A DNA stretch of 64,000 bases from Acidimicrobiia bacterium (GCA_052387955.1 JBQTIQ010000040.1:23879-87878); one strand, 5' to 3'. Shown: positions 29,582 through 39,960, counted from the stretch's first letter. Notes: generated from the letters alone by a model not told the origin. Translations and numbers: made by a program.

Positions 29582-29669
29582 CGCCCGCCGGACTGCGACG
29601 CCCGCAGCCGACCGCCAAGGACAGTCCCGGGCCCCGAGGTTCTGTGCTCACACCGCTACCGTGACGTCC

Positions 29670-30122
29670 ATGGCCAATCTGCCGTCCCAACCGGTCGCGT
29701 TCACGGCGTCGGGGCCACCCCAGACGGTGATCGATCCCGAGCCCGCCGACGCCGTCAGCGGGTTGGCCGAAGCGCTGGCCCAGCCTGATGACGAGCGCCG
29801 CGACGCGGTGTCGGCGGTCGTGGCGCGCTGGCCGCGGTACCTCGACGGGTGGGCTCAGCTCGGCCGTCTGGCCCGGGACGACATGGAGGCGTACGCCGCC
29901 TTCCGGGTCGGCTACCACCGTGGCCTCGACCGGTTGCGAGGCAGTGGCTGGCGGGGATCGGGATACGTGCGTTGGGACCAGCCCGAGAACCGGGGCTTCC
30001 TGCGGGCGCTGGCCGGGCTCGCCGGCACCGCCGAAGCCATAGGCGAGGTCGACGAGGCCGAGCGGTGTTCGTTGTTCCTGCACCAGCTCGACCCTGCCTG
30101 GCCCCCGGCCGCCTTCGACTGA
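29670..30122 (+). CDS. DUF3151-like conserved actinobacterial protein
   Basis: ATG at 29670. The product includes ...WPRYLDGWAQLG...AYAAFRVGYHRGLD.LR..GWRGSGYVRW....NRGFLRAL, recognised as the DUF3151 pattern from memory. Confidence 0.6.
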   Translation: MANLPSQPVAFTASGPPQTVIDPEPADAVSGLAEALAQPDDERRDAVSAVVARWPRYLDGWAQLGRLARDDMEAYAAFRVGYHRGLDRLRGSGWRGSGYVRWDQPENRGFLRALAGLAGTAEAIGEVDEAERCSLFLHQLDPAWPPAAFD

Positions 30123-30137
30123 GCGTCAGAGCCGACG

Positions 30138-30701
30138 TTGGCCGCACCCGGAGGCGCCGGGCCCATCGGGCCGGTCCCGCCCGGCGCCGATCCCGACAGC
30201 TACGACAAGACGCGTCGGCGGGTCCTGTGGACCTTCCCGTCGGGCCTCTACGTCGTCGGGAGCCGCAGCGCCGACGGCTCCCGACGCAACGCCATGACCG
30301 CGAACTGGGTGACCCAGGTCAGCTTCGAGCCCAAACTGGTGGGCGTCGGGATCGAGAAGGACGCGCTGACCCACGCCCTCGTGGCCGACCGGGGCGCGTT
30401 CTCGATCTGCACCGTCGCTCGCGACGACCGTGCCATCGTCCGCAAGTTCACCAAGCCGGTCGATGCCCACGTCGAGGGCGAGACGGTGACGCTCAACGGC
30501 TTCACGTTCGTCGACGGTCCGTGCACCGGGACACCCGTGCTCGACCAGGCGGCCGCGTTCATCGAGTGCGAGGTGCGCACCCCGGTCGATTGCGGCGGGC
30601 ACACGTTCTTCATCGGCGAGGTCGTCAACGCTGCCTTCCGGGCCACCGAGGACACCGAGGTGCTGCGCATGGAGGACACCCGCATGTCCTACGGCGGGTA
30701 G
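30138..30701 (+). CDS. flavin reductase family protein (FMN-binding split barrel)
   Basis: FPSGLYVVGSR..DG..NAMTANWVTQVSFEPKLVGVGI is the typical flavin reductase-like domain. The start is TTG at 30138 in the ORF track and is uncertain. Confidence 0.8.
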   Translation: MAAPGGAGPIGPVPPGADPDSYDKTRRRVLWTFPSGLYVVGSRSADGSRRNAMTANWVTQVSFEPKLVGVGIEKDALTHALVADRGAFSICTVARDDRAIVRKFTKPVDAHVEGETVTLNGFTFVDGPCTGTPVLDQAAAFIECEVRTPVDCGGHTFFIGEVVNAAFRATEDTEVLRMEDTRMSYGG

Positions 30702-30709
30702 CACCGACG

Positions 30710-31639
30710 GTGAGCCCCTCCCCGAGGCCACGGTGGTGGGCGGCCGCCGGCGTGGGCGTGCTGTGCGCAACGGTGGCCGGCTGCGGCCTCGCTGACGGCG
30801 GCGGTGGCTCTGGGGGCCGGCTCGAAGGCCCACCCCAGACCCTCGAGCCCGGGCCGTCGACGTCGCGGCTCACGGTGCCGGGGAAGCCCGAGCTCGACAT
30901 CCCCGTGGGCGCCGGGCCGGGCCCCGAGGTCCCGGCCCCGTCGGCTCCTACCGGTCCGGCCTCGACCGGGCCGGGGCCGGCACCGGCCCCGGTCCTCGAC
31001 GGCGCCGTCGAGGTGGGGTTCTTCGCCCCGGCTGTCCTCCGGCCCGACCTGTCGACCCGGGTGCTGGTCGAGGTCCGCAACCAACCCGGGGCTGCGCCCG
31101 CGGGCGCAAGCCTCGACCACCTCCAGGGCGTGCTGGCCGCGGTCACCGGCAAGCCGGTGACCGTCACCAGCGGCCCGGGCATCGCCGGCGGCGCACGGGA
31201 CTGGTCCGATGCCGCAGTCCGGGCCGAGGCCAGCGCCGGTACCGCGGTGTCGGCCGACGGCACCGTGGTGCTGCGCCTGCTCTTCCTCGAGGGCGTCTTC
31301 GAGGGCAGCGCCGGGGTCCTGGGTGTGGCCGTGCGGGGCGACACCGCCGCCATCTTCTCGGACGCCATCAGCGCGTCGGGCGGCCTGCTCTCGGGTAGCG
31401 GCCCGATCGAGAACGCGGTGGTGACCCACGAGGTCGGCCATCTCCTCGGCCTGGTCGACGTCTACCGTCAGACCGGCCGGGCCGATCCCGACCACCCTGG
31501 CCATTCGTCGAATCCGGGCTCGGTCATGTACTGGGCGGTCGAGTCGTCGCTGATCGGCAGCCTCCTGGGTGAGTTCCCCCCGACCGAGTTCGACCAGGCC
31601 GACCTGGCCGACCTGGCCGCCATCCGTTCGGGCGCTTGA
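30710..31639 (+). CDS. lipoprotein with metzincin/snapalysin-like zinc protease motif
   Basis: GTG at 30710. Signal plus lipobox (LCATVAGC), a Pro-rich linker, then HEVGHLLGLVD (HExxHxxGxxD) and a downstream GSVMY Met-turn-like segment. Confidence 0.7.
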   Translation: MSPSPRPRWWAAAGVGVLCATVAGCGLADGGGGSGGRLEGPPQTLEPGPSTSRLTVPGKPELDIPVGAGPGPEVPAPSAPTGPASTGPGPAPAPVLDGAVEVGFFAPAVLRPDLSTRVLVEVRNQPGAAPAGASLDHLQGVLAAVTGKPVTVTSGPGIAGGARDWSDAAVRAEASAGTAVSADGTVVLRLLFLEGVFEGSAGVLGVAVRGDTAAIFSDAISASGGLLSGSGPIENAVVTHEVGHLLGLVDVYRQTGRADPDHPGHSSNPGSVMYWAVESSLIGSLLGEFPPTEFDQADLADLAAIRSGA

Positions 31640-32232
31640 GACCGGTCGGTCGGGGCGCCGGGGCGCCAGCGCCCGGACCGTTCTCGGCGGTGGTGCTCAC
31701 CGGTGGGCGGAGCCGGCGCATGGGCCGGGACAAGGCCCTCCTCCCGATCGACGGCCTGGCGATGGCGGCCCGGGTCGCGGCCGCGATGGCGGCGGCGGGA
31801 GCCGATGAGGTGTTCTGCGTGGGCGGGGACGTCGATGGTCTCCGGGCGCTCGGGCTCGAGGCGGTGCCCGACCGCCATCCCGGGCAGGGACCCTTGGGGG
31901 GGCTGGTGACGGCGTTCGCTCGGGCGCGCCGCCCGGTGTTGCTGGCGGCACCCTGCGATCTACTGCACCCGTCGGCCGTGGCGATGGCGGCGGTCGTGTC
32001 GAGGCTGGCCGCGGCGCCGGCCGCGGTGTTGGGTGTGGTGCCGCTGGCCGGGGGCGTCCGCCAGCCTCTCGACGGCGCCTACCGCTCGGCGGTGGGCCCG
32101 GTCCTGGCGGCGGCCTTCGCCGCCGGCGAACGGTCGGTGAAGGGGGCCGTCGCCGCGGTAGCGGTGATCGAGCTCGACACTCCGGTCCCCGACGCCCACG
32201 CCGACGCCGACGTGCCTGCCGATCTTCGGTGA
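31636..32232 (+). CDS. mobA: molybdenum cofactor guanylyltransferase
   Basis: FSAVVLTGGRSRRMGRDKALL is the MobA N-terminal signature, and DRHPGQGPLGG is also present. The TTG start overlaps the upstream stop (TTGA). Confidence 0.75.
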   Translation: MRPVGRGAGAPAPGPFSAVVLTGGRSRRMGRDKALLPIDGLAMAARVAAAMAAAGADEVFCVGGDVDGLRALGLEAVPDRHPGQGPLGGLVTAFARARRPVLLAAPCDLLHPSAVAMAAVVSRLAAAPAAVLGVVPLAGGVRQPLDGAYRSAVGPVLAAAFAAGERSVKGAVAAVAVIELDTPVPDAHADADVPADLR

Positions 32233-32269
32233 CCGGTACGGTTGCGCACCAGCGTCCAAGGAGGAGTCC

Positions 32270-32593
32270 ATGACCATCCCCGAGATCGACGTCTCCGAGC
32301 TGGCTCGGCTACGGGCCGAGGGCGCCCCGTTGGTCGATGTGCGCGAAGCGGACGAGTACGACGAGTTCCACGTGCCCGGCGCCCGACTGATCCCGCTGGC
32401 CACCGTGCCCGAACAGCTCGAGGAGTTCTCCGCTGACGAGCGGGTCTACGTGATCTGCAAGGGCGGTGGCCGTAGCGCCAAGGCGGTCGAGTTCCTCAAC
32501 GCCAACGGCTTCGATGCCGTCAACGTGGCCGGTGGCAGCACGGCATGGAGAGATGCCGGCCACCCGGTCGTCATCGGCAGCGAACCCGGTTGA
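32270..32593 (+). CDS. rhodanese-like domain protein
   Basis: Active-site loop CKGGGRS, DVRE..E...GH.PGA, and an AAGGAGGAG Shine-Dalgarno upstream of the ATG. Confidence 0.85.
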   Translation: MTIPEIDVSELARLRAEGAPLVDVREADEYDEFHVPGARLIPLATVPEQLEEFSADERVYVICKGGGRSAKAVEFLNANGFDAVNVAGGSTAWRDAGHPVVIGSEPG

Positions 32594-33780
32594 CGGCGGC
32601 GCACCGCTGGGTCGACACCGCGGCACGCTTCGACGAGGTCGTCTCCGCCCTCGACGGGGAGCCGGCGATCGCCCTCGACACCGAGTTCCATCGGGAGCGC
32701 ACCTACTACCCGCAGGTCGCGCTGGTGCAATTGGCCTGGGGCGACCCGGCTGCCCCCGACATCGTCCTGGTCGACACCCTCGCCGTCGACCTCGCGCCGC
32801 TGGCCCCGGTGCTGGCCGGTCCCACGACGGTGGTGATGCACGCGGCCCAGCAGGACCTCGAGGTGCTCCTGCGGACCTGCGCCACCCTGCCGTCGCGCCT
32901 CTTCGATACCCAGTTGGCGGCCGGGTTCGCGGGCCACAACATGCCGTCGCTGGCCAACCTCGTACAGGCCCTTCTCGGCCGTCGGCTGCCCAAGGGTGAC
33001 CGTCTGGCCGACTGGCTGCACCGGCCTCTGACCGACGACGAGCGGTCCTACGCCGCCAGCGACGTCGTGCACCTGCTCGACCTGCACGACCGGTTGCGCA
33101 CCGATCTCGACGGCGGCGGGCGGCTCGGATGGGCCGAGGACGAATGCGCCGAGCTACTGGCACGCGCCCAGAACGCCCGCGATCCCGACGAGGCGTGGTG
33201 GAAGGTCAAGGAAGCCCGCCAACTACGGGGCGAGGCAGTGGGCGTGGCCCAGGCTCTGGCTGCGTGGCGGGAACGGCGAGCCGCCGAGGTGGACCAGCCG
33301 GTGCGCTTCGTCCTGCCCGACCTGGCGCTCGTGAGCATCGCCCAACGCCCGCCGGCCGGCGCCGACGCCCTGCGCCGAGTCCGTGGGCTCGACGGCCGCC
33401 ACCTCCGCGACGGCGCCGTCGACGGGATCCTGGGCGCGGTCCAGGCCGGCCGCGAGCTGCCTCGCTCGCGCCTGCGGCTCCCGCCCGCCAGCGACGTCGA
33501 ACGCGAGCTGCGACCGGCGGTCGCGCTGGTGTCGGCGTGGGTCAGCCAGCTCGGCCGCGAACTACGCATCGACCCCGCCCTGCTTGCCACCCGGGGCGAT
33601 CTCGAGGCGTTCCTGCGCAAGGACATGTCGGGCCGGCTGTGGTCGGGCTGGCGCCACGACGTCGTCGGCGACGCGGTGCAGCGCCTGGTCGGGGGAGAGG
33701 CGGCGCTGGCCTTCGACGGCCGAGGCGGCCTGGTCCTCGAGGCGCGGTCCCGCCTGCCGGTACCCCAGCCGGCTGGGTAG
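32590..33780 (+). CDS. rnd: ribonuclease D (3'-5' exonuclease + HRDC)
   Basis: IALDTEFHRERTYYPQVALVQL (Exo I), VVMHAAQQDLEVL (Exo II), and YAASDVVHLL (Exo III). The TTG at 32590 overlaps the rhodanese stop (TTGA). Confidence 0.8.
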   Translation: MTAAHRWVDTAARFDEVVSALDGEPAIALDTEFHRERTYYPQVALVQLAWGDPAAPDIVLVDTLAVDLAPLAPVLAGPTTVVMHAAQQDLEVLLRTCATLPSRLFDTQLAAGFAGHNMPSLANLVQALLGRRLPKGDRLADWLHRPLTDDERSYAASDVVHLLDLHDRLRTDLDGGGRLGWAEDECAELLARAQNARDPDEAWWKVKEARQLRGEAVGVAQALAAWRERRAAEVDQPVRFVLPDLALVSIAQRPPAGADALRRVRGLDGRHLRDGAVDGILGAVQAGRELPRSRLRLPPASDVERELRPAVALVSAWVSQLGRELRIDPALLATRGDLEAFLRKDMSGRLWSGWRHDVVGDAVQRLVGGEAALAFDGRGGLVLEARSRLPVPQPAG

Positions 33781-33795
33781 CGTCCGGGGCCCACG

Positions 33796-35367
33796 TCAGG
33801 CGGTGGGGCGCAGCACCACGGCTCGATCGGGAGCGAGATGGTACGCACTCGCCCCGTAGGGGAGGGTGGCGCCTTCGGCGATGCCGTCGCTCGCCACCTC
33901 GATGACCCAGCCGTCGGCCACTTCGGCCGGGACCGCCCGTTCCTCGGCGGCGAAGTTGACGATCACCCGCCGTCGGTCACCGTCGACCTCCCGGTCGTAG
34001 GCCACGACCTCCTCGAGCGGGCCGAGCAGCCGCAGCTCGCCGCCTCGGAGGGCCGGCGAGGTGCGTCGGGCCCTGAGGAGGCGGCGGTACAGGTGGAGTA
34101 CCGACCGGCTGTCACCCCGCTGCGTCTCGACCGAACTGGCGGCAGCGTCGGGCGGGAAGGGCAGCCACGGCTCGGCACCGTCCCAGCCGTGAGGAGCAGA
34201 CGGCGTCCACGGCAGCGGGGCTCGGCAGCCGTCACGACTTCCGGGATCGACCACCCTTGCCGGCGGGACGATGGCGTCCTGCAGGCCCAGCTCTTCGCCC
34301 TGGTAGAGGAACGGCGTGCCCCGCAGCGTGAGCAGCATGACGGCCGCCGCCCGGGCCCGGGCCTCGGTACCGAACCGGCTGCGATGACGGGGGCTGTCGT
34401 GGTTCGACAGGGCCCACGTCGGCCACGCGCCGACGGGGCCCAGCTGGGCGCGCACCTCGTCGATGGCGGCCCGCCACGCCGGCGCCTGCCAAGGTTCGAG
34501 CAGGGGCGGGAAGTTGAAGGAGAGGTGCAGCTCATCGCCGGCGCCGTAGTAGGTGGCCACCTTGGCCGTGTCCAGGAGGTAGACCTCGCCGACTGCGACC
34601 CGGTCGCCTTGGTAGGCGTCGAGCACCTTGCGCACACCTCGCAGGATGGAATGGGTGAAGGGTGGGTCGAAGCGTTCGTCGCCGCCGAGGACGCCGCGGG
34701 GGTCGTCGACATCGGCGAAGTCGGCCCGCTTGGCCAGGGCGTGGGCCACGTCGATGCGGAAGCCGTCGACCCCCCGGTCGAGCCAGAACCGCAGGGTGGC
34801 GTGCATCGCCGCCACGACCTCGGGGTTGCGCCAGTTCAGGTCGGGCTGCTCGGGCAGGAACAGGTGCAGGTAGTACTGGCCGGTGGGCGCGTCGAAGGCC
34901 CAGGCCGGCTCGCCGGTGAACGCCGACGTCCAGTTGTTCGGCGGCCCTCCGTCGGGCGCCGGGTCGCGCCACACGTACCAGTCGCGGCAGGGCTCGTCGG
35001 TCGCCGACCGCGACGAGGCGAACCACGGGTGACGGCTCGAGGTGTGGTTCGGCACCCAGTCGAGCAGCACCCGGATGCCGCGACCATGGGCCTCGGCCAC
35101 GAGGGCGTCGAAGCCGTCCAGGTCACCGAAGACCGGGTCGACGTCGCAGTAGTCGGCCACGTCGTAGCCGAAGTCGCACATGGGGGAAGGGAAGATGGGG
35201 GAGAGCCACAGCGCGTCGATCCCGAGCCAGTCGAGGTACTCGAGCCGCGACCGAAGGCCCTCCAGGTCGCCGATGCCGTCGCCGGAGTGGTCGGCGAACG
35301 ATCTCGGGTAGATCTGGTAGACGACGGCATCCTTCCACCAGGGTGAGGGGCTCACGTCGATGACCAT
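33796..35367 (-). CDS. GH13 alpha-glucosidase / oligo-1,6-glucosidase family
   Basis: WWKDAVVYQIYPRSFAD..GDGIGDL.G....LDYL..LGIDALWLSPIF.SP..D.GYDV.DY, plus DWVPNHTS, GFRIDVAH and NHD motifs. Confidence 0.9.
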   Translation of the reverse strand: MVIDVSPSPWWKDAVVYQIYPRSFADHSGDGIGDLEGLRSRLEYLDWLGIDALWLSPIFPSPMCDFGYDVADYCDVDPVFGDLDGFDALVAEAHGRGIRVLLDWVPNHTSSRHPWFASSRSATDEPCRDWYVWRDPAPDGGPPNNWTSAFTGEPAWAFDAPTGQYYLHLFLPEQPDLNWRNPEVVAAMHATLRFWLDRGVDGFRIDVAHALAKRADFADVDDPRGVLGGDERFDPPFTHSILRGVRKVLDAYQGDRVAVGEVYLLDTAKVATYYGAGDELHLSFNFPPLLEPWQAPAWRAAIDEVRAQLGPVGAWPTWALSNHDSPRHRSRFGTEARARAAAVMLLTLRGTPFLYQGEELGLQDAIVPPARVVDPGSRDGCRAPLPWTPSAPHGWDGAEPWLPFPPDAAASSVETQRGDSRSVLHLYRRLLRARRTSPALRGGELRLLGPLEEVVAYDREVDGDRRRVIVNFAAEERAVPAEVADGWVIEVASDGIAEGATLPYGASAYHLAPDRAVVLRPTA

Positions 35368-35419
35368 ACGGGCTCGGTTACAATGCCGCCCCGAACCTGC
35401 ACCGACGTGGGAGCTCGAC

Positions 35420-35623
35420 GTGAAGAAGGGTCGTCATCGCCGCTTCGAAGAAGCGCGCGCCCTGAAGCGGACCTCGGACAATCTCGACGAGCTCTTCGGC
35501 CCCGAGGACGCCGAGCCCTGTGCGGAATGCGGGGCCCAGCCTGGCGCCGACCACGCCGCGTGGTGCCTCGTCGGGAAGGAAGAGGCGGAAAACGATATCG
35601 AGAGCAGCGCCGACGACTGGTAG
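35420..35623 (+). CDS. small hypothetical protein (basic N-terminus, Cys pairs)
   Basis: The GTG at 35420 gives VKKGRHRRFEEARALKR...CAECG...HAAWC.... Codon usage is coding-like, but no family was recognised. Confidence 0.35.
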   Translation: MKKGRHRRFEEARALKRTSDNLDELFGPEDAEPCAECGAQPGADHAAWCLVGKEEAENDIESSADDW

Positions 35624-35625
35624 TC

Positions 35626-35644
35626 GTGCCCCCATCGGGGGCAC
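35626..35644 (+). terminator. perfect hairpin between the small ORF and typA
   Basis: GTGCCCCC-ATC-GGGGGCAC has an 8-bp stem. It begins 3 nt after the stop at 35621-35623. Confidence 0.4.
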
Positions 35645-35680
35645 AGGTCCCCGGTTGACGCTCTCCCCGACCCGAACGGT

Positions 35681-37570
35681 GTGAACCCTCCTATGCCCCC
35701 CCAAACCGCGGGTGACGTCCGGACCGCTCCGGCCTCGTCGCTGACCGCTCCCGCCCTGCGCTCGATCGCGCTCGTCGCCCACGTCGATCACGGCAAGACC
35801 ACGCTCGTCGACGCCATGCTGCGCCAGACCGGCGTGTTCCGCGCCCATCAGCAGCTGACCGAACGGGTCATGGACTCCAACGACCAGGAGCGCGAGCGGG
35901 GCATCACGATCCTGGCCAAAGCGGCGTCGATCATGTGGCGGGGGACCCGCATCAACCTGGTCGACACGCCCGGGCACGCCGATTTCGGGGGGGAGGTCGA
36001 GCGGGCGCTGGCCATGGTCGACGGCGTCCTGTTGCTGGTCGATGCGGCCGAGGGCCCGCTCCCCCAGACCCGCTACGTCCTGTCGAAGTCGCTGGCCGCT
36101 GGCCTGCGCACGGTTGTCGTGCTCAACAAGGTCGACCGCCACGACGCCCGGCCCGACGAGGTCCTCTCCGAGGTCGAGGAGCTGTTCTTGGACCTCGGCC
36201 CGCCGCTCGAGCTGCTCGACTTCCCGGTCGTGTCCGTCATCGCCCGCGAGGGAAGATCGGCGCTGGGCGTCGCCATGCCCGGCCCTGATGCCGACCTGTC
36301 GGCCCTGCTCGACTGCGTGCTCGACACCATCGCTTCTCCCACCGGCGACCCGATTGCACCGCTGCAGGCGTTGGTGACCAACCTCGACGCCTCCGAGTAC
36401 CTGGGCCGCCTCGCCCTGGGCCGGGTGGTGCGGGGCACCCTGCGCAAGGGTGACACCGTGGCGCTGCTCGACGAGGAGGTCGCCGAGGGCCAGGCCCCGG
36501 TGAAGCGCCGCCTCACCCAGCTGCTCGGCTTCGACGGCATCAGCCGGGTCGAGGTCGACGAACGCCGGGCCGGCGACCTCTTCGTCGTGGCCGGGTTCCC
36601 CGAGGTCGAGATCGGCGACACGTTGGCGGACCCGCAGGTGCCCGAAGCGCTGACCCGGCTCTCGGTCGACGAACCGGTGCTGCGGATGACCTTCGGGGTG
36701 AACACCTCACCGCTGGCGGGCCGGGAGGGCCAGTACCTCACATCGCGGCACCTCCGCGACCGCCTCGACCGCGAGGTCCTGGGGAACGTATCGATCCGCC
36801 TGGAGGACACGGGGTCACCGGACGTGATCGAGGTCGCCGGCCGGGGCGAGCTCCAACTGGCCGTGCTGATCGAATCGATGCGACGTGAGGGCTACGAGAT
36901 GCAGGTGTCGCGGCCCGAGGTCATCGTGCGCGAGGCCGCCGGCAAGCGCCTCGAGCCCCTCGAACGGCTGGTGATCGACGTCCCCGACGAGCATGTAGGC
37001 ACCGTCACCCAGGCCCTCGCCCCCCGCAAGGGCCTCGTCGTCGACGTGCGCCCCGGCGACACCGGCCGGACGATCCTGACCGCCGAGGCCCCGGCCCGGG
37101 GCCTGATCGGCTTCCGTTCGTTGTTGCTCACCTCGACCCGGGGCACCGCGCTGATGCACCAGCACCACGCCGGCTGGGTGCCGTGGGCGGGTGACCTGCC
37201 CCATCGTCAGGGCGGGGCCATGATCGCCGACCGTGCCGGCCCCGCCACCGGCTACGCCCTCGACAATCTGCAGGCCCGGGGCGAGTTCTTCCTCTCGCCC
37301 GGCGACGAGGTCTACGAGGGCCTCGTCACCGGCGAGAGCAGCCGGGGCGACGACATGGTGGTCAACATCACCCGCGAGAAGCAGAAGACCAACATCCGCA
37401 CCCACAGCCACGACGACGGTGTGAAGCTGCCACCGCCACGGACGCTGACGTTGGAGGCGGCCATGGAATGGATCGCCGACGACGAGCTGGTCGAGATCAC
37501 GCCAGTCTCGTTACGGGTACGCAAGCGGGTCCTGCGCGAGCAGGACCGGCGAAGGTCGGCGAAGAACTAG
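35681..37570 (+). CDS. typA: translational GTPase TypA/BipA
   Basis: [26 protein letters not shown] and NKVDR G-motifs, with full-length EF-G-like architecture. The start is uncertain (GTG at 35681 or ATG at 35693). Confidence 0.92.
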   Translation: MNPPMPPQTAGDVRTAPASSLTAPALRSIALVAHVDHGKTTLVDAMLRQTGVFRAHQQLTERVMDSNDQERERGITILAKAASIMWRGTRINLVDTPGHADFGGEVERALAMVDGVLLLVDAAEGPLPQTRYVLSKSLAAGLRTVVVLNKVDRHDARPDEVLSEVEELFLDLGPPLELLDFPVVSVIAREGRSALGVAMPGPDADLSALLDCVLDTIASPTGDPIAPLQALVTNLDASEYLGRLALGRVVRGTLRKGDTVALLDEEVAEGQAPVKRRLTQLLGFDGISRVEVDERRAGDLFVVAGFPEVEIGDTLADPQVPEALTRLSVDEPVLRMTFGVNTSPLAGREGQYLTSRHLRDRLDREVLGNVSIRLEDTGSPDVIEVAGRGELQLAVLIESMRREGYEMQVSRPEVIVREAAGKRLEPLERLVIDVPDEHVGTVTQALAPRKGLVVDVRPGDTGRTILTAEAPARGLIGFRSLLLTSTRGTALMHQHHAGWVPWAGDLPHRQGGAMIADRAGPATGYALDNLQARGEFFLSPGDEVYEGLVTGESSRGDDMVVNITREKQKTNIRTHSHDDGVKLPPPRTLTLEAAMEWIADDELVEITPVSLRVRKRVLREQDRRRSAKN

Positions 37571-37575
37571 CCGGG

Positions 37576-38871
37576 GTGGGATCTGGGGGGCGGGACTTTT
37601 TCGACCGGCTGGCGCGGGCGCGCCCGGGACACCGGGACGCAGCAACGGCGACGGCGAAGGCGCGCCGATCCAAGTTCGGCGTCACCGGCACAGTGCGCCG
37701 GTGGCGATCGGGCGACGTCGCCGGCCTGCGCCGGGCGACTGCCTTCGGCACCGGGGTCGTGCTGGTGCTCGGCGTCGTCGCCGTCGGCGTGAAGCAGGAC
37801 TCGCTGGCCGACCCGCAGGCCCTCGCCCTCGAAGGGGCGCCGACGTCGACCGCGGCGGTGCCCGGCACCGCCGCCAGCCTCGCCCCCGTGCCCTCGCCGG
37901 CGAGCACCGAAGCGGCCACGACCGCGCCCACCACGGCCGCCACCGCAGCCCCGACGGTGGCGCCGACGACCGCGGCCCCCACCCCGACCACGGCCAGCCC
38001 CCCGCCACCGCCCCCGACCGGTCCCGCCCCGTTGTCCCAGGTCCAGCCGGGAGCGCCGCTGCCGGCGCCAGGGGCCTTCACGATGCAGCCGTACTACGGG
38101 CTCGGCGCCTGGATCGACGTGTACGACTGGTCCTACGCCATCGCCGGCGACCCGCCGCCCTTCGACCTCCCCGACATCGATCGCATGGCCGCACTCGGGG
38201 TCCAGACCCTCTACATGCAGCCGGTGCGCTGGGACGTGGCCGAGGACATCCTCGAGCACGACCGGGTCGTGGCCATCATGAACCGGGCCCGGGCCAACGG
38301 CATACGAGTGGTGGCCTGGTACCTACCCGACCTCCGGGACCCGGCCAGCGACTTGCGCCACCTGCTCGCCATTGCCCGGCTGCCCATCGACGGCCTCGGC
38401 ATCGACATCGAGTCCAGGACGGTCGAGGACATCGCGGTGCGCAACCAGCGCCTGGTCGAGTTGTCAGCCGAACTGCGCAATCGCCTCGGGAGCCAGGTGC
38501 TCTCGGCCATCGTGCTCCCGCCCGTCGTCATGGAGGACGTGAACCCCAACTACTGGCCGGGCCACCCGTGGGCCGCGCTGGCGCCCTACTACGACGTCTG
38601 GCAACCGATGTCGTACTTCACCGGGCGGCGGGCACCATGGCGCGACGCCTACGCTTACACGGCCGTCAACATCGACCGGATCCGGGCCTACATCGGTCAG
38701 CCCGACGCCGTGGTCCACTCGATCGGCGGGATCGGCGACCTCACCACCATCGAGGACATCCAGGGGATGCTCCGGGCGTCGGAGGAGCGGGGCGCGATCG
38801 GCGGCAGCATCTACGACTACCGCACCACCCACGACGCCCTCTGGCCCGAGCTCCAACGGTTCCGCCGCTAG
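37576..38871 (+). CDS. membrane-anchored protein with Ala/Pro/Thr-rich linker and a C-terminal TIM-barrel-like putative glycoside-hydrolase-like domain (tentative)
   Basis: N-terminal TM (AFGTGVVLVLGVVAVGV), a low-complexity ATTAPTTAATAAPTVAPTTAAPTPTTASPPPPPP linker, and a conserved-looking C-terminal about 270 aa (GAWIDVYDW...GIRVVAWY...GLGIDIE). The start is uncertain. Confidence 0.6.
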   Translation: MGSGGRDFFDRLARARPGHRDAATATAKARRSKFGVTGTVRRWRSGDVAGLRRATAFGTGVVLVLGVVAVGVKQDSLADPQALALEGAPTSTAAVPGTAASLAPVPSPASTEAATTAPTTAATAAPTVAPTTAAPTPTTASPPPPPPTGPAPLSQVQPGAPLPAPGAFTMQPYYGLGAWIDVYDWSYAIAGDPPPFDLPDIDRMAALGVQTLYMQPVRWDVAEDILEHDRVVAIMNRARANGIRVVAWYLPDLRDPASDLRHLLAIARLPIDGLGIDIESRTVEDIAVRNQRLVELSAELRNRLGSQVLSAIVLPPVVMEDVNPNYWPGHPWAALAPYYDVWQPMSYFTGRRAPWRDAYAYTAVNIDRIRAYIGQPDAVVHSIGGIGDLTTIEDIQGMLRASEERGAIGGSIYDYRTTHDALWPELQRFRR

Positions 38872-38923
38872 CGCTAGCGCCAGGTCACCGCCCCGGCAAG
38901 AAGCGCCCGGGCCACCAGCACCA

Positions 38924-39889
38924 TCACGCCACTCCGGCCAGCTCGATGGCCCGGGTGATGTCCCTGGCGTTGCGGACCACCACCGTGGGGTGGCCGTGGG
39001 CGCGGGCGCTGAGGGCTGCCTGCGTCACCGCCGGGTCGGAGCCCTCGACGGCGACATCGACGAGGACGCCTCCGACCAGCACGCCGTAGAGCCCGTCGGG
39101 CCCCGCCCGGTGCCGGGACAGGAAACGCACCGGAGCGGCGCTGACGGTGCCCTGCTCGACCCGGCAGAGGGTACGCACGCCGGCGCGGGCGAGGCCGTCG
39201 AGCAGATAGACGACGAGGCCATGGAGCCGACGGGTGTGGTCGTCGCACAACGCGGCCACCGCCGCCCCCGAAACGGGTTCGGCCGCCCGTTCCAGCACGG
39301 CGACAGCCTCGGCGTAGGAGCGGGACTTCGTGCCGGTCCGGGCCTTGCGCAGGTCCCGGCCCGTCGGCCGGTCCCGGGATACCGAGAGCAGGGTGCGGTG
39401 CTCCAGGTAGCGACCGGCCAGCGCGCCGGCCCGGCGCATGTGGCGGACCTTCTCGTCGGCGGGCGAGTCGCCCTCGCCGACTCCGGGCCCGGGATCGCCG
39501 TCACGGGCCGCGTCCCGCAGGCGCTTCAGGGCGTGGGCCAGCACCTGGTTCTCGGCGGTGTCGTAGGCCTTGACCGGCGATGCGCACACGAGCGCGTTGT
39601 GAGCGCCGGGGCTGGCGGCCCGGGCGGCGATGGTCTCGGCCCACAGGATCGTCCCCCGAACGTCGCCGGTGGTGCGGATCGGCCTGCTGGTGGTCGCTAT
39701 CGACAGCGACCGGACGATCTCGGGAAGCCGGTCGAGCAGCGCCTCCGCCTCCGCCGAGACGGCCAGGGCGACGCCCACCACGTGGCGGGCGCCGTGAGGC
39801 GCCATGCCGGTCAACGCCTCGACCGCGCCGGCGGGGTCCATCGGCCGTACCAGCCGGTCCCACAGCGCCACCGTCGCCTCGTCGCCCAT
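38924..39889 (-). CDS. McrC-like / DUF2357-like partner protein (tentative)
   Basis: ATG at 39889 (MGDEATVALW). Motifs are RGTILWAETI, YDTAENQVLAHALKRL and C-terminal PDGLYG...VLVDVAVEG (PD...D/E-x-K-like, but no Lys). It lies downstream of the McrB-like ATPase on the same strand. Confidence 0.5.
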   Translation of the reverse strand: MGDEATVALWDRLVRPMDPAGAVEALTGMAPHGARHVVGVALAVSAEAEALLDRLPEIVRSLSIATTSRPIRTTGDVRGTILWAETIAARAASPGAHNALVCASPVKAYDTAENQVLAHALKRLRDAARDGDPGPGVGEGDSPADEKVRHMRRAGALAGRYLEHRTLLSVSRDRPTGRDLRKARTGTKSRSYAEAVAVLERAAEPVSGAAVAALCDDHTRRLHGLVVYLLDGLARAGVRTLCRVEQGTVSAAPVRFLSRHRAGPDGLYGVLVGGVLVDVAVEGSDPAVTQAALSARAHGHPTVVVRNARDITRAIELAGVA

Positions 39890-39960
39890 CGGCCCGGCCG
39901 TCACGGCCGAGCCGCCGGGGCCCCGTCGCGGTCGGGCTCGCGGGTGCTCGTTGCCCCCGC

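Noticed and set aside
29849-30709. First 287 codons of the 596-aa ORF 29849..31639
   Set aside because: This part overlaps the DUF3151 and flavin reductase genes out of frame. Only the part from the GTG at 30710 (signal peptide plus lipobox) looks like a real protein.
38867-38880. 12-nt perfect palindrome GCTAGCGCTAGC at the convergent junction after the 37576..38871 gene
   Set aside because: It is too short to form a meaningful hairpin because it has no loop. It overlaps the stop codon and is probably a chance occurrence.
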